DNA from: Chamaesiphon sp.
Lineage (GTDB): Bacteria > Cyanobacteriota > Cyanobacteriia > Cyanobacteriales > Chamaesiphonaceae
Assembly: GCA_965246715.1 (NCBI GenBank)
Contig: CBDFFH010000039.1
Coordinates: 32,001 to 96,000 of the forward strand
DNA length: 64,000 nt
Direction: 5' to 3'
Both the position numbers and the translations under genes were made by a program. The notes beneath the pieces were generated by a model. The model was not told the origin of the DNA. It saw nothing but the letters and a program-made list of their open reading frames with translations, and ran no database searches. Numbering within the stretch: position 1 is the first letter of the stretch; each line of letters begins with the position of its first letter. Positions 20,798 to 33,346 of this stretch are shown piece by piece.

Positions 20798-21178
20798 CTA
20801 AATATTTTCAATATCATCATCTTGTAAGATGAACGCATCTAGATCGTCAGAATTATCGATCGAGACTGGCTCTACTACAAAACTGCGTGCGTGAGAGACA
20901 AGATAGCGATCGAGTTGATGTAATTCTGCGACACTCGGTTCCGGTGGATTCATCACATAGTGAATTGTTGCCCCCACAAATCCAGTCGCAATCATCCCAA
21001 ATCCGCTAAATATTCCCCGCCATAAGCGTCCCGCTCTTATTTTCTTGGTTCTGGTAGCTACGCTATCGATTTTTGACATCAATCGATCTTCTAAATCGAT
21101 AGTCTCTGTTGGTGCAGTCGCTCGATGTTGCTTCAAAAAATTAGTTAGTTGAGGATCGTCATCTGACAAGTTATTCAT
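20798..21178 (-). CDS. Putative membrane anti-sigma factor
   Basis: directly downstream of ECF sigma; single TM. Confidence 0.6.
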   Translation of the reverse strand: MNNLSDDDPQLTNFLKQHRATAPTETIDLEDRLMSKIDSVATRTKKIRAGRLWRGIFSGFGMIATGFVGATIHYVMNPPEPSVAELHQLDRYLVSHARSFVVEPVSIDNSDDLDAFILQDDDIENI

Positions 21179-21222
21179 GATGATTTTGTTATGAGTTATT
21201 ATTATTTACTAGCCACTATCCC

Positions 21223-21789
21223 CTAAATCTGCACTCCCGACTCCTCTAGAAATTTCCGCATTCCACTACGAGCGTGAAATAACCGAGATTTTACAGTACC
21301 GATCGGAATTTCAAGAATCTCAGCTACTTCCTTCTGCGGGAGTTCTTCGAGATCGTGCAATGCTAATACCGATCGATGTTCCTCGCTAAGTACGCTCAGT
21401 CCTTTGCGAACTAAATCCTGATAGTGGAGCTGCATCACATCGGGATCGTCATGCTGGGTGTCAACGCTGTGAGCGATCGTTTGGAGTCGCGATCGCTCTC
21501 GTGCTAGAGTTTGTCGACGATCTGTAGCCACATTCCAAGCAATCCGATACAGCCAAGTAGAAAATTGCGAATTCTGGCGAAATTTTGGCAATCCCTTCCA
21601 GGCGCGGAGAAATACTTCTTGAACTAGATCGTCTAAACTCACCGGATCGCAAAGTTGGTAGAGAATCTGTCGAATGCGCTGCTGATGGCGACGATAGAGT
21701 AGCCTAAAGCTCTGACGATCGCCCTTCAGACTAGATCGCACCAATTCATCATCAGCCTTCTCTGGTAGCCGCTCCGCCACTCCCCCCAC
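21223..21789 (-). CDS. ECF sigma-70 factor
   Basis: DLVQEVFLRAW, FSTWLYRIA, EVAEILEIPIGTVKSRL. Confidence 0.93.
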   Translation of the reverse strand: MGGVAERLPEKADDELVRSSLKGDRQSFRLLYRRHQQRIRQILYQLCDPVSLDDLVQEVFLRAWKGLPKFRQNSQFSTWLYRIAWNVATDRRQTLARERSRLQTIAHSVDTQHDDPDVMQLHYQDLVRKGLSVLSEEHRSVLALHDLEELPQKEVAEILEIPIGTVKSRLFHARSGMRKFLEESGVQI

Positions 21790-22243
21790 ATTAAACCTCT
21801 AAATTTTTGTGCATACCTCTTTTTTAGACTGCTACAAAGTGCAAAAGGTTCAACATCTTTAACATATATTTCGAGCGCCTGGTTGCTAGCGGCTCTCGAT
21901 CGGCTATCGGTGTAGCTATAATCTCACCCATGTCTATTCCAACGCTAGCGAACACCGTCTCGAAGCGAAGATTTGCGTTCTCTTCGCTTCACAAACCAAC
22001 TGATTTCGATCGGATGGGAAGGTAGAAAATCGGCTACTACAGACTACACGATTGTAGTAAAAATATCCGTGGAAACATTCTCGATCGCATCCCAGTCATC
22101 ATCTCGTGAAGATCTGATGAGGACAGCGATCTGGGGATCGCAAGAACTTGGATTAAATCACATAATTTTTTAATCATGTGTGCGATCTTTTCGTACAATT
22201 AGCTGGGTACATTAGAATTGTGTAGCATTGGGTTGGCAAGTCT

Positions 22244-22612
22244 GTGAAGAGTACAATTTTGTGGTCGGTAGTTACAGGTGTAGGGTTATTGGGTGTGCGA
22301 ACGTTTGGAAATCCGTTGAGTAATGAGGTGCAGTATCGGGTTGAATATATCGGCAAGGCTGGAAGTACGCTCTGGGGTGATTATACGGTTACTCAAAATA
22401 ATCGCTTGAGAGATAGTACTACCGAAAAAGCAATCGGGAAGCTACCAATGGTTGTGAATTTTACGACAGGGAAAAATGCGATCGTCTCGGCTAACGGTGC
22501 TACCACCGATCGAGAGCCGATTATTATTAAAATTTACAAGCACGGATCGGAGTGCAGTAATTCGCAAGGTACGGATAGTGCCGGGATTACCAGTACGATC
22601 GTGTGTAGGTGA
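22244..22612 (+). CDS. Hypothetical exported/membrane-anchored protein
   Basis: N-terminal hydrophobic segment, C-terminal Cys pair. Confidence 0.55.
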   Translation: MKSTILWSVVTGVGLLGVRTFGNPLSNEVQYRVEYIGKAGSTLWGDYTVTQNNRLRDSTTEKAIGKLPMVVNFTTGKNAIVSANGATTDREPIIIKIYKHGSECSNSQGTDSAGITSTIVCR

Positions 22613-22751
22613 ATTAGTGACTAATGGCTAGTTACTAGTAAATTTAAGCGGTGCAAGAAATAATCGAAGAGGCGCATTAATCCAGATTTGGCTAATGCGC
22701 CTCTTCTATTTGATTGTGGCAAACTAAGAGGATGGATCGAAATGGTTCAGC

Positions 22752-22797
<46 letters not shown>

Positions 22798-22806
22798 TTC
22801 CCCCAA

Positions 22807-24198
22807 ATGATTACTACCTACATTAATGCCATCCTCCGGGGTGGAAATCCTGGCGATCCCGTTACCGTTAGAGGCTGGATTCGCAGCAAGCGGGAAGCGA
22901 AGGAATTTGCCTTTGTTGATGTCAACGATGGCTCCTGCATGGCAAATATTCAGGTAGTAATCGATCGGGATGTCCCTGGTTATGACACCATCCTCAAGCA
23001 GATTAGCACGGGTGCCTCGATCGAAATCGCTGGCGAACTAGTCGAGTCTCCCGCCAAAGGGCAACGGGTAGAAGTCAAAGCCAGTCAAGTCACCATTTAC
23101 GGTGAAGCCGATCCCGAAACCTATCCCCTCCAGAAAAAACGCCACTCCTTTGAATTTTTACGCGATATCGGTCACTTGCGATCGCGTACCAATACCCTCA
23201 GCGCCGTATTTCGGGTGCGCAATGTCTGTGCGACAGCGATCCATCAATTCTTCCAAGAACGCGGTTTCCTGTGGGTACATACGCCGATTATCAGTGCTAG
23301 CGACTGCGAAGGCGCGGGTGAGATGTTTAATGTCACCACGCTGAATCTCAAAAATCCCCCATTAACGCCAGAAAAAGAAATCGATTACAGTCAAGACTTC
23401 TTTGGTAAGCAGGCATATTTGACCGTCAGCGGTCAATTAGAAGCTGAAGTCATGGCAATGGCATTTAGTAATGTCTACACCTTTGGGCCAACATTTAGAG
23501 CCGAGAATTCTAATACTTCGCGTCACCTCGCCGAGTTCTGGATGATCGAGCCAGAAATGGCTTTTTGCGATCTGTTGGGCGATATGGATCTGGCGGAAAC
23601 GTTCCTCAAATATGTATTCAAATACGTGATGGAACATTGTCAAGCCGATATAGAATTTTTCAACGAACGGATCGATAAATCGGTATTAGCGACGGCAACG
23701 AATATTATCGAAAATCAATTCGAACGGCTAACTTATACTAACGCGATCGCGTTGTTAGAAAAGTGCGACAAAAAGTTTGAATATCCCGTCAGTTGGGGTC
23801 TAGATCTCCAATCCGAACACGAACGCTATTTAGCTGAGGAAGTTTTTAAAAAGCCAGTCATCCTCAACGATTATCCAGTCGAAATCAAGGCTTTCTATAT
23901 GCGCCTAAACGATGACGGCAAAACCGTTGCCGCGATGGATATTTTGGCTCCAAAAATCGGTGAGATTATCGGCGGTTCGCAGCGTGAAGAACGGCTTGAT
24001 GTGCTAGAGCGGCGGATTATCGAGCAGGGACTAAATCCGGCGGACTATTGGTGGTATTTGGATCTCCGCCGTTATGGGACGGTGCCTCATGCCGGATTTG
24101 GGTTAGGCTTCGAGCGGTTGGTGCAGTTTATGACGGGGATGGGCAATATTCGAGACGTAATTCCCTTCCCGCGCGCACCATTGACAGTAGAGTTTTAA
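22807..24198 (+). CDS. asnS: Asparagine--tRNA ligase
   Basis: [33 protein letters not shown]. Confidence 0.97.
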   Translation: MITTYINAILRGGNPGDPVTVRGWIRSKREAKEFAFVDVNDGSCMANIQVVIDRDVPGYDTILKQISTGASIEIAGELVESPAKGQRVEVKASQVTIYGEADPETYPLQKKRHSFEFLRDIGHLRSRTNTLSAVFRVRNVCATAIHQFFQERGFLWVHTPIISASDCEGAGEMFNVTTLNLKNPPLTPEKEIDYSQDFFGKQAYLTVSGQLEAEVMAMAFSNVYTFGPTFRAENSNTSRHLAEFWMIEPEMAFCDLLGDMDLAETFLKYVFKYVMEHCQADIEFFNERIDKSVLATATNIIENQFERLTYTNAIALLEKCDKKFEYPVSWGLDLQSEHERYLAEEVFKKPVILNDYPVEIKAFYMRLNDDGKTVAAMDILAPKIGEIIGGSQREERLDVLERRIIEQGLNPADYWWYLDLRRYGTVPHAGFGLGFERLVQFMTGMGNIRDVIPFPRAPLTVEF

Positions 24199-24443
24199 GG
24201 CGATCGAGCTATAATTTTCGTATATTAATTGTATCGAATATCTGTCTTCTGCGGCGATTACGACCATTGTCAAAATGGTCGAATTTCTGCCTGAAGATAT
24301 ACAGGGGCGAGTTGTCGAGCATCTTCGCGAGTATGAGGTGCAACACGGTCGATTTCCTGAATATCTGCTGAATCTCGATCGAATAAGTTAGGAGGTGTTG
24401 CTGGGTACAGGTATGATTTATGATTATGAGACCGATAGGATTT

Positions 24444-24770
24444 TCAGAAGATCGAATATTCATACCAATCGCAGACTGGAATATAACCGATCTGTTGGTA
24501 AATATGGTTAGAGGTCGAATTCGCCAAATCTGTCAACAGGAAACAACGGTCACATCCCTCATTTAGGAGCTTTTGGCTTAATGCTGCGACACAAGCAGTA
24601 GCATAACCTTTGCGACGATATGCTGGTGGCGTATAGACCGAACCAATCAGACCAACAGTTGGAGAACGTTGCCTGCCTGCCGCCAGCGAAACCGGAATAT
24701 TATCCTCCCAAATATAAGTACTCTGTGTTTTCAATCGATGCTCTACTACTCGATCGAGATCTTGCCCCAT
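24444..24770 (-). pseudogene. GNAT acetyltransferase C-terminal part
   Basis: VYTPPAYRRKGYAT...TDLANSTSNHIYQQIGY; N-terminal part missing. Confidence 0.7.
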
Positions 24771-24943
24771 TCCGCTAGCATTCCTAATTCTTGGATGGGT
24801 GGAAGTTTGGGATCGGGGATGAAATAGACATCGACTTCCCGAACTTCACTACTAATTTTTAGAGAAGTTTGAACTTGACCGAATGGTGACAGTAATGACT
24901 CTAGAAAATCTTTCGCAAACTAGTCATGGGGAAATCGAGTCAT
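24770..24943 (-). pseudogene. N-terminal remnant of a cyanobacterial Rpn-like/PD-(D/E)xK protein with internal stop
   Basis: MTRFPHD*FAKDFLESLLSPFGQVQTSLKISSEVREVDVYFIP. Confidence 0.65.
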
Positions 24944-24975
24944 GAGGAACGATCGTGAATAATGAGTCCTAACTT

Positions 24976-26790
24976 TTAAGCATCTTTGTTCAACTTCAAC
25001 ACTGCCATAAATGCCTCTTGCGGTACATCGACAGTCCCGACAGACTTCATCCGCTTTTTACCCTTGGCTTGCTTCTGGAGCAATTTCTTCTTCCGCGAAA
25101 TGTCCCCACCATAACATTTTGCTAAGACATCTTTCCGCAACGCGGGGATGTTTTCACTGGCGATAATCTTACTCCCGATCGCGGCTTGAATCGGTACTTT
25201 AAATTGATGACGGGGAATTAGTTCTTTTAACTTTTCGGTCATCGCCCGACCGACATTATAAGCTTTGTCGCGATGGACGATCATTGCTAGCGCATCGACA
25301 GGATCGCCATTGATCATCAAGTCCAATTTGACGAGATTATTTTCCCGATAACCGATCGGTTGATACTCCATACTTGCATAACCGCGCGTATTTGATTTCA
25401 TGCGATCGAAGAAATCTGTCACGACTTCGGCCAACGGTAACTCATAAATCACCGTCGTTCGCCCTTTGGTGAGATATTTCATATCTTTGAATTCACCGCG
25501 CCGATTTTGACATAGTTCCATCAAAGTCCCCACGTATTCTTCAGGAGTAATCATCTCCAATTTGACGTATGGTTCTTCAATTTTTTGACGGTGATTGGGG
25601 TCGGGAAGCGTACTCGGATTGTCGATATAAGTTTGATTGCCTTGGATATCCGTGACCCGATAAACTACCGACGGTGCAGTGGTAATTAAATCCAGATCGT
25701 ATTCCCGTTCCAATCGCTCTTGGACGATTTCCATGTGCAACAAGCCGAGGAATCCACAGCGAAACCCAAACCCCATCGCGCTGGATGTCTCCGGTTCAAA
25801 CTGGAGCGCCGCATCATTCAGTCGGAGTTTATCCAATGCTTCCCGCAACTCTGGATACTGATCCGCATCTGTCGGAAATAACCCGCAAAATACCATTGGT
25901 TTAGCTTCGGCATAACCATCGAGAGCGGCGGTAGCAGGTCTGCTCACTTGCGTAATCGTATCGCCAACCCGTGCATCGCCTACTGCTTTAATCGATGCTG
26001 CGAAATAACCTACTTCTCCAGCGTGGAGTTCGTCTACTTCGATTTGGGTAGGTGAGAGGATCCCGAGTTCGTCGATGACATATTCTTTGCCACTAGCCAT
26101 CAATCGAACTTTATCACCACGTTTGACGCTACCATCCATAACGCGGAAATAGACGATTACCCCCCGATAACTGTCGTAATAACTATCGAAAATTAGCGCG
26201 CGTAACGGTTCGTCGATCGTATCTCGCGGCGGTGGCACTAGCAGCACTACTGATTCCAAGATTTCCTGAATTCCGATCCCTTGTTTGGCAGAAGTTAAAA
26301 TCGCCCCGCTACAATCTAGCCCGATGATTTCTTCGATTTCGGCTCTTACCCGCTCCGGTTCGGCTCCGGGTAAATCGATCTTATTCAGGACAGGAATGAT
26401 CTCTAAATTACTTTCTAATGCCAGATAGACATTTGCCAATGTCTGCGCCTCTACACCCTGCGAAGCATCGACTACCAATAATGCCCCCTCACAGGCTAGC
26501 AAGCTGCGAGATACTTCATAAGAGAAGTCTACATGTCCGGGAGTGTCGATCAGGTTGAGCACGTACTCCTGACCATCCTGGGCAGTATAATTCATCCGCG
26601 CCGCTTGGAGCTTGATCGTAATCCCCCGTTCCCGCTCCAAATCCATATTATCGAGAAACTGCTCTTTCATTTCCCGATTGCTAACCGTACCTGTATCCTG
26701 CAACAATCGATCGGCCAGGGTCGATTTCCCATGATCGATGTGAGCAATAATCGAAAAATTGCGAATTCGCGAAACAGGAACGTTGGTCAT
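24976..26790 (-). CDS. lepA: Elongation factor 4
   Basis: [25 protein letters not shown]. Confidence 0.98.
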   Translation of the reverse strand: MTNVPVSRIRNFSIIAHIDHGKSTLADRLLQDTGTVSNREMKEQFLDNMDLERERGITIKLQAARMNYTAQDGQEYVLNLIDTPGHVDFSYEVSRSLLACEGALLVVDASQGVEAQTLANVYLALESNLEIIPVLNKIDLPGAEPERVRAEIEEIIGLDCSGAILTSAKQGIGIQEILESVVLLVPPPRDTIDEPLRALIFDSYYDSYRGVIVYFRVMDGSVKRGDKVRLMASGKEYVIDELGILSPTQIEVDELHAGEVGYFAASIKAVGDARVGDTITQVSRPATAALDGYAEAKPMVFCGLFPTDADQYPELREALDKLRLNDAALQFEPETSSAMGFGFRCGFLGLLHMEIVQERLEREYDLDLITTAPSVVYRVTDIQGNQTYIDNPSTLPDPNHRQKIEEPYVKLEMITPEEYVGTLMELCQNRRGEFKDMKYLTKGRTTVIYELPLAEVVTDFFDRMKSNTRGYASMEYQPIGYRENNLVKLDLMINGDPVDALAMIVHRDKAYNVGRAMTEKLKELIPRHQFKVPIQAAIGSKIIASENIPALRKDVLAKCYGGDISRKKKLLQKQAKGKKRMKSVGTVDVPQEAFMAVLKLNKDA

Positions 26791-27222
26791 GGGGGTGTAA
26801 GGGCGTAGGGGGTGGTGTATGTGGGTATTTAGTTAATACATCTTACAATTCACCAGTTTAGCGCAAGGATTCAGCAAACAGTAGTCGATCGAGTGATGTC
26901 GATCGATTGCTAGATCGCTAGCTCAAAACGAGGCAAAATCGAGAAATCTATCTTTAGCTATTTGAGATCGATCGCCAGATGCGAGATTGTTAGGTCGTGG
27001 TAAGGCTAAGATGCAGGCGATTGGTGCCATCATACATAAATTAGTCCATTTGGCTTTTGGTATTTTAAAGTCTCAACAGCCTTTTGACCTTGGGACTTGT
27101 AGTTCCGATCTCAAAGCGGAATTGCTGAAGAAGTTAATAATGCGATCGCATTATTAACTATCGTACTCAAAATCTCGATCGAGTCCTCACAACGGAGTAT
27201 TCCCAGGGAGTTAATTTAGTTT

Positions 27223-28182
27223 TTGATAATGAATTCTATCAGCCAACAAATCGAAACCCGCGCCCGCGAAATCGGCTTCCATGCCGTTGGTATTGCGAAG
27301 ATCGACCCTACCACCACCCAACCCAGCGCGCAACGCCTGCAAGAGTGGTTAGCCCTCGGCTATCAAGCAGATATGGCCTGGATGTCCGATCCTCGCCGCC
27401 AAGACATCTACCGCCTTATGCCCACTGCGAAGACTGTCATCGCCGTCGCGCTCAATTACTACACACCTCACCAACGTCCTCACGGCAAAGCTTATGGCAA
27501 GATCGCCCGTTACGCATGGGGTCGAGATTATCACAAAGTACTAGAGAAAAAACTCAAGCAATTAGCCAACTGGCTGCTTGACAATTTTGCAGAAATAGAG
27601 GTGCGCCATTATGTCGATACTGGGCCGATTCAAGATAAATATTGGGCACAAGCTGCTGGCATCGGTTGGATCGGAAAAAACGGAAATGTTATCAATCGCC
27701 AATACGGTTCGTGGATATTTTTAGGCGAGATCGTAACTAATTTAGAAACCATTCCTAGCGATCCCCACACCCAACATTGCGGTACCTGTAACCGCTGTAT
27801 TGATGCTTGTCCAACGGGGGCAATTATCAAACCTTATGTTGTCGATGCCAATCGATGTATTGCTTACCATACGATCGAAAATCGTGCTGCGACTTTACCC
27901 CCAGAAATAGCGAGTAACTTAGATGGATGGGTCGCTGGCTGCGATATCTGTCAGGATGTTTGTCCCTGGAACCAAAGCTTTGCCCAACCCACCGATGTCG
28001 AGGATTTCCAGCCATATCCAGGTCGAGTCGCACCAGAACTAAAGGAACTCGCATCACTCACAGACGAGGTGTGGGATCGCAGCATGAGGGCATCTGCGTT
28101 GCGTAGAATCAAACCATGGATGTGGCGGCGGAACGCAATTGCAAATCTTCACAATCGGGGATCGCAAAATTCTGTCAATTAG
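27223..28182 (+). CDS. queG: tRNA epoxyqueuosine reductase
   Basis: [33 protein letters not shown]. Confidence 0.95.
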   Translation: MIMNSISQQIETRAREIGFHAVGIAKIDPTTTQPSAQRLQEWLALGYQADMAWMSDPRRQDIYRLMPTAKTVIAVALNYYTPHQRPHGKAYGKIARYAWGRDYHKVLEKKLKQLANWLLDNFAEIEVRHYVDTGPIQDKYWAQAAGIGWIGKNGNVINRQYGSWIFLGEIVTNLETIPSDPHTQHCGTCNRCIDACPTGAIIKPYVVDANRCIAYHTIENRAATLPPEIASNLDGWVAGCDICQDVCPWNQSFAQPTDVEDFQPYPGRVAPELKELASLTDEVWDRSMRASALRRIKPWMWRRNAIANLHNRGSQNSVN

Positions 28183-28217
28183 ATTACAATTTTAAAACGT
28201 GCCCTGGCTTCTCACAC

Positions 28218-28889
28218 ATGCAAAATAACTCTAAGCTCATCATTTTTGATTTTGATGGTACTCTCGCAGATACAATCGGTGCACTGATGCGAATTAGCAA
28301 TCGGTTAGCACCTGAATTTGGCTATTTGCAGATCGGTGATGAGCAGTTAGCTAATCTCAAGTATCTAAGTTCTTGGGAAATTATTAAGCTTTCTAAAGTT
28401 GCTTTGTGGAAGTTACCTTTTCTGTTGAAACGGGTTAAAGAAGAATTTCCTGGCGAAGTGCGGAATGTAAAATTATTCCCAGGTGTAACTGAATTATTAA
28501 ATACGCTTAAACTTCAGGGCTATCGATTGGGAATTGTCAGCTCCAATGCTGAGTCAAATATTCGATCGCTCTTAAAGCAAAATCAGATCGAGCAATTGTT
28601 TGATTTCGTCACTACTGCTTCCACATTTGGCAAAGGAAAAGCGATCGGTAGGATGATGCGTCAATATCATTGCTCCAAATCCGATGCAATTTATATCGGT
28701 GATGAAATTCGTGATATTCAAGCCGCTAGATCGATCTCGATCCGCATCGTTGCTGTCGGATGGGGTTTCAATGCACCTACCGCTCTAATCGATAAACAGC
28801 CAGATTTATTCATCACCAAGCCTCAAGCATTAATTAACGCTTTAGCTCACATCTATCCACCTAAAGCCAGCAATTTAGCTTGTATGTAA
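28218..28889 (+). CDS. HAD-family hydrolase
   Basis: FDFDGTL, YIGDEIRD. Confidence 0.9.
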   Translation: MQNNSKLIIFDFDGTLADTIGALMRISNRLAPEFGYLQIGDEQLANLKYLSSWEIIKLSKVALWKLPFLLKRVKEEFPGEVRNVKLFPGVTELLNTLKLQGYRLGIVSSNAESNIRSLLKQNQIEQLFDFVTTASTFGKGKAIGRMMRQYHCSKSDAIYIGDEIRDIQAARSISIRIVAVGWGFNAPTALIDKQPDLFITKPQALINALAHIYPPKASNLACM

Positions 28890-29030
28890 TGCCGTGTCAA
28901 GATCGACCGACAATCTCCAGCGTTCCTTGTGATGGCTCTAAAGCATCAAATTTAGATATCGACTAGGTTTGATACTTTTTACACGATCGGATTATCGATC
29001 GCGGCTAAAGCAAAAAACTAACTACACAAA

Positions 29031-29080
29031 TCCCGATCGATGTTACTATTACCATAGAGGTTAAGTAACATCGATCGGGA
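29031..29080 (-). terminator. Hairpin downstream of clpP
   Basis: tcccgatcgatgttact...agtaacatcgatcggga. Confidence 0.55.
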
Positions 29081-29105
29081 TGTTTAGATCGCAATTCGAT
29101 CGATA

Positions 29106-29708
29106 TTAACGAACGTTTTCAGTTTCGACAACTTTGTCGATGAGGCCATAGGCCATTGCATCAGCCGCCGACATAAAATTATCGCGGTCGGTATCTTTTT
29201 CGATCTGCTCTAAAGTTTGACCCGAACGCTCTGCCATCAATTTATTGAGTAGCATCCGCGTATCGAGGATATGTTTGGCTTCGATTTGAATATCCGATGC
29301 CTGCATCCGTCCGGTACCACCAAGCGGTTGGTGGATCATGATCCGGGCGTGAGGCAATGCCAGGCGTTTGCCAGGACTACCAGCAGCTAGTAAAAAAGCA
29401 CCCATCGAAGCGGCTAAACCGACACAAATGGTGACTACTTCTGACTTGATGTGTTGCATCGTGTCATAGATTGCCATCCCCGCAGTGATTTCGCCACCAG
29501 GTGAGTTGATATACAGATAGATCGGTTTGCTAGAGTCTTCTGAGTCTAGATACAGCATATAGGCAACGATCGCATTTGCCATCCCCGAATCGACTTCCTC
29601 AAAGAGAAAGATAATCCGCTCGCGAAACAGTCGATCGTAGATATTGATATATCGTTCTGCTGAGTTACCAGGCAAACGATAGGGAACGCTAGGAATTCCA
29701 ATAGACAT
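29106..29708 (-). CDS. clpP: Clp protease proteolytic subunit (ClpP3-type, catalytic)
   Basis: AASMG Ser, IMIHQP His, DRDNF Asp. Confidence 0.95.
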   Translation of the reverse strand: MSIGIPSVPYRLPGNSAERYINIYDRLFRERIIFLFEEVDSGMANAIVAYMLYLDSEDSSKPIYLYINSPGGEITAGMAIYDTMQHIKSEVVTICVGLAASMGAFLLAAGSPGKRLALPHARIMIHQPLGGTGRMQASDIQIEAKHILDTRMLLNKLMAERSGQTLEQIEKDTDRDNFMSAADAMAYGLIDKVVETENVR

Positions 29709-29869
29709 AGATTTTACTAGTTATTTATTAGTTATTGCTTAATTCCCCTCCTCGGAGGGGTGCCCGATAGGGCGGGGTGGGTAAGAGACTAGGCTATAAA
29801 CCTCGGTAAATTGATTGCTTCGGCTGAGATCTAAATCCTCCAGCACCCCTTTTAAGGGGGGCGAAGAAC

Positions 29870-30538
29870 TTAAAGGGAAGCTGCTACTAAATTTGGTACT
29901 TCTTTCGCACTCTCTAACACCTTATCGATCAAGCCATACTCTCTCGCTTCCGCAGCAGTCATATAAAACATCCGCTCGCTGTCCGCGAGAATTTTCTCGA
30001 TCGATTGACCCGTAGTTTCCGCAAGTACCTCAGCAACCGAGGTTTTTTTTGCTAATACTTCAGCAGCATTGATGATGATATCTGAAGCTTGGCCCCTACT
30101 CCCTGCGCGCGCTGGCATCAACCCGATCTCGGCATGCGGTAAACAAGCACGTTTACCCTTGGTACCAGCAGACAGTAACAGTGTGGCAATCCCCATTGCC
30201 TGACCCAGACAAATGGTATATACATCTGACTTGATATGCTTGATGGTGTCGTAGATCGCCAATCCAGCCATCACGGACATCATCCCGAGTTCTGCTCCAG
30301 CCATCCCAGCCATCACCGGATCGCCCATGGAATTGATATAGATATAAATCGGCTTGGTGTTATCGACTGATTCCAGGTATAACAACGCAGCGATCGTACT
30401 ATTGGCAAATCCATCGGTAATCGGTCGATCGATAAAGATAATGCGCTCCTGGCTCATCCGCGTGTAGAGGTTAATCCACTGCCAGTTGGGAGTTCCGGGG
30501 ATATTGTAGGGGACTTTGAGGATGCGATCGATAGACAT
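29870..30538 (-). CDS. Non-catalytic Clp subunit (second ClpR-like)
   Basis: ClpP-like sequence with GQAMG and IGLMP at the Ser/His positions. Confidence 0.85.
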   Translation of the reverse strand: MSIDRILKVPYNIPGTPNWQWINLYTRMSQERIIFIDRPITDGFANSTIAALLYLESVDNTKPIYIYINSMGDPVMAGMAGAELGMMSVMAGLAIYDTIKHIKSDVYTICLGQAMGIATLLLSAGTKGKRACLPHAEIGLMPARAGSRGQASDIIINAAEVLAKKTSVAEVLAETTGQSIEKILADSERMFYMTAAEAREYGLIDKVLESAKEVPNLVAASL

Positions 30539-30652
30539 GTTAGTGAACAGTGAATAGTGAACAGTGAACAGTGAATGGTGAATAGTTATTAGGGCTTGTG
30601 CTCCTAACGACCGAACGCTTGAGAGCTATTCCCTATTCCTATTTTCTATTCC

Positions 30653-31324
30653 CTAAACTAGAGCTGGCAGAGGCACTGGAAGATCCTTAGCACTGTTGAG
30701 GACGATATCGATGATGCCGTACTCTTTGGCTTCTTCGGGAGTCATGTACAACATCCGATCGGTATCTTTGGCGATTTTCTCGGCGGGTTGTCCGGTACTC
30801 CGTGAGAAGATATCCAGGATCGCGGTTTTATTGTCGAGGACTTCCTTGGCGCGAATTTGGATATCGCTGGCTTGACCTTGAGCGCCACTGCGCGGCTGAT
30901 TGAGAACGATCGTCGCGTGTGGCAGGCTGGCGCGGAAACCTTTGGTACCTGCGGCTAAAATCATCGCCGCCGTGCCCATTGCTTGACCGATGCAGATGGT
31001 ATGAACGGGCGGTTTGATATAACCGAGCGTATCGCAAATCGCAAACGCTTCGGTTTCAAACCCGATCGAGTCGCCAGTATGCCAGGATGTCCCAGTAGAA
31101 TTGATATAAAAATAAATCGGCTTTTCGGGCGAGTCAAATTGCAAGTAGAGCAACTGCGCGATCAGCAACTTGGTGGGGTCGTAACCCATTTGGCGTTTAT
31201 AGTCGTCGGATGACACCAGCGGCCCTCCCATATACACGATCCGCTCTTTGAGGAGCAGAGAAGGTAAATCTGGTGGCGATTCCCGGTAGTAGCTATCGCC
31301 GCCGTAATATTGGGACTGAACCAT
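30653..31324 (-). CDS. clpR: ClpR non-catalytic subunit
   Basis: PPDLPSLLLKERIVY; GQAMG, IVLNQP. Confidence 0.92.
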   Translation of the reverse strand: MVQSQYYGGDSYYRESPPDLPSLLLKERIVYMGGPLVSSDDYKRQMGYDPTKLLIAQLLYLQFDSPEKPIYFYINSTGTSWHTGDSIGFETEAFAICDTLGYIKPPVHTICIGQAMGTAAMILAAGTKGFRASLPHATIVLNQPRSGAQGQASDIQIRAKEVLDNKTAILDIFSRSTGQPAEKIAKDTDRMLYMTPEEAKEYGIIDIVLNSAKDLPVPLPALV

Positions 31325-31474
31325 ATAATTATTCCACTAGCGTCACATGATATTTAATATGGTAACTTGCTAGTGGTTACTAGGGGTTGGTGGGATTACC
31401 GATTAAAAATATTTCAACCAAACCCGCTCCAACAACATACCAACCGATCGATCTATCGACAAATAAGTACTTAT

Positions 31475-32584
31475 ATGCAAGTTAAAGCTGCTGTCGCCTT
31501 TCAAGCAGGCAAACCATTAGAAATTACCACAGTCGATCTCGCACCACCGCAAGCGGGAGAAGTCTTAGTCGAAATCAAAGCTACTGGTGTTTGTCATACC
31601 GATGCGTATACTTTGTCTGGTGCCGATCCAGAAGGCTTGTTCCCGGCAATCCTCGGACATGAAGGGGCGGGAGTAGTCGTAGAAATCGGTGCGGGCGTGA
31701 CGAGCCTCAAACCTGGCGATCGAGTCATTCCGTTATACGTCCCCGAATGCCGGAATTGTGATTATTGTCTCAGCGGTAAAACCAATCTGTGTCAGGCGAT
31801 CCGCCTCACCCAAGGACGCGGCGTGATGCCCGACGGTAGCAGTCGTTTTTCCTACGAGGGGCAAATGTTGCACCACTATATGGGCACTTCTACTTTTGCC
31901 AACTATACCGTCGTGCCCGAAATTGCCTTGGCAAAAATTCGTCCCGATGCGCCATTTGAAAAAGTCTGTCTGATTGGCTGTGGGGTAACGACGGGTATCG
32001 GTGCGGTGATTAATACCGCCAAAGTAGAACCTGGGGCCAATGTGGTCGTCTTTGGATTGGGTGGCGTGGGGTTGAATGTAATTCAAGCGGCTAGACTCGT
32101 CGGTGCAAATATGATTATCGGTGTAGATCTCAATCCCGCCAAAAGACCCCTGGCTGAGAAATTTGGGATGACGCATTTTGTCAATCCGCAAGAGTTAGAG
32201 GGCGATTTAGTCCCTTATTTAGTGGATCTAACCAACGGCGGTGCCGATTATAGTTTCGAGTGCATCGGTAATGTCCAGCTGATGCGCCAAGCGCTCGAAT
32301 GCTGTCATAAAGGTTGGGGAGTCAGTGTCATTGTGGGTGTCGCTGGGGCGGGGCAAGAAATCGCCACCAGGCCCTTTCAATTAGTCACGGGTCGCGTTTG
32401 GAAGGGCACGGCTTTTGGTGGCGCTAAAGGGCGAACGGATGTGCCCAAAATTGTCGATTGGTATATGGATGGCAAGATTAATATCGACGATCTGGTCAGC
32501 GATATCATGCCGATCGATCGTGTCAATGATGCCTTCGATAAGATGCATCGCGGCGAGTCAATTCGATCGATCCTGACTTTTTAG
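31475..32584 (+). CDS. frmA: S-(hydroxymethyl)glutathione dehydrogenase / class III ADH
   Basis: [32 protein letters not shown]. Confidence 0.95.
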   Translation: MQVKAAVAFQAGKPLEITTVDLAPPQAGEVLVEIKATGVCHTDAYTLSGADPEGLFPAILGHEGAGVVVEIGAGVTSLKPGDRVIPLYVPECRNCDYCLSGKTNLCQAIRLTQGRGVMPDGSSRFSYEGQMLHHYMGTSTFANYTVVPEIALAKIRPDAPFEKVCLIGCGVTTGIGAVINTAKVEPGANVVVFGLGGVGLNVIQAARLVGANMIIGVDLNPAKRPLAEKFGMTHFVNPQELEGDLVPYLVDLTNGGADYSFECIGNVQLMRQALECCHKGWGVSVIVGVAGAGQEIATRPFQLVTGRVWKGTAFGGAKGRTDVPKIVDWYMDGKINIDDLVSDIMPIDRVNDAFDKMHRGESIRSILTF

Positions 32585-32611
32585 CAAGCGATCGATCGAG
32601 CATACCCGATT

Positions 32612-33346
32612 TCACAAGGGTTTGCGAGCGATAAATGCAGCATGAGCTGGTGGCAGATCGAAAACCCCATAGCTACGCATCACCCGAACGTCGAAACCCA
32701 CTCGTTTTAGTTGTTCCGCAATATCTGTCGCTGCATACAATCGTAAATGGTGGATCTCGTCATCGCGGCGATAGCAGTCACCGATCTGCCGCAAAGTGAC
32801 GATCCGCCGCATTAATGTTGCCCGATCGCGATCTTCGGTCTTTTCCACCAGTACAATCCAATCCTCGCCTTCCGAAAATCCCTTCGCGATGTTTCCCGTC
32901 GTAACTTGTCCTGGTTCGGCAAGATCGAATACCAACACTCCACCTGGAACTAAGGCTCGATAAATCCGATCGAATAATCGTGCCAACGTCCGCTCGTTAT
33001 TATCCGGATCGAATCGATAATTGAGACATTCACCGATCGAAATTACTGCATTGCAAGCAGGAATCTCGGTCTGAAATAGCGACTCGATCCGAAATTCGCC
33101 ATCTGACAATCTGGATCTGGCGATCGCAATTAAAGACTCGGAAATATCTACACCAAGGATACAATAACCAGCCTTTGTTAATTCCAAAGCAGAAAGACCG
33201 CTACCACAACCCAAATCGACAATTAACCCCGATCGGATGTTGTTTTGACTCAGAATATCTAGGATACCAGGGATAGATTTAGTTGCATAATCGCCATGCC
33301 CGACATCATGAATATATGCCAGATCCGATCGATACCACTGTTCCAT
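32612..33346 (-). CDS. Class I SAM-dependent methyltransferase
   Basis: VDLGCGSG. Confidence 0.88.
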   Translation of the reverse strand: MEQWYRSDLAYIHDVGHGDYATKSIPGILDILSQNNIRSGLIVDLGCGSGLSALELTKAGYCILGVDISESLIAIARSRLSDGEFRIESLFQTEIPACNAVISIGECLNYRFDPDNNERTLARLFDRIYRALVPGGVLVFDLAEPGQVTTGNIAKGFSEGEDWIVLVEKTEDRDRATLMRRIVTLRQIGDCYRRDDEIHHLRLYAATDIAEQLKRVGFDVRVMRSYGVFDLPPAHAAFIARKPL

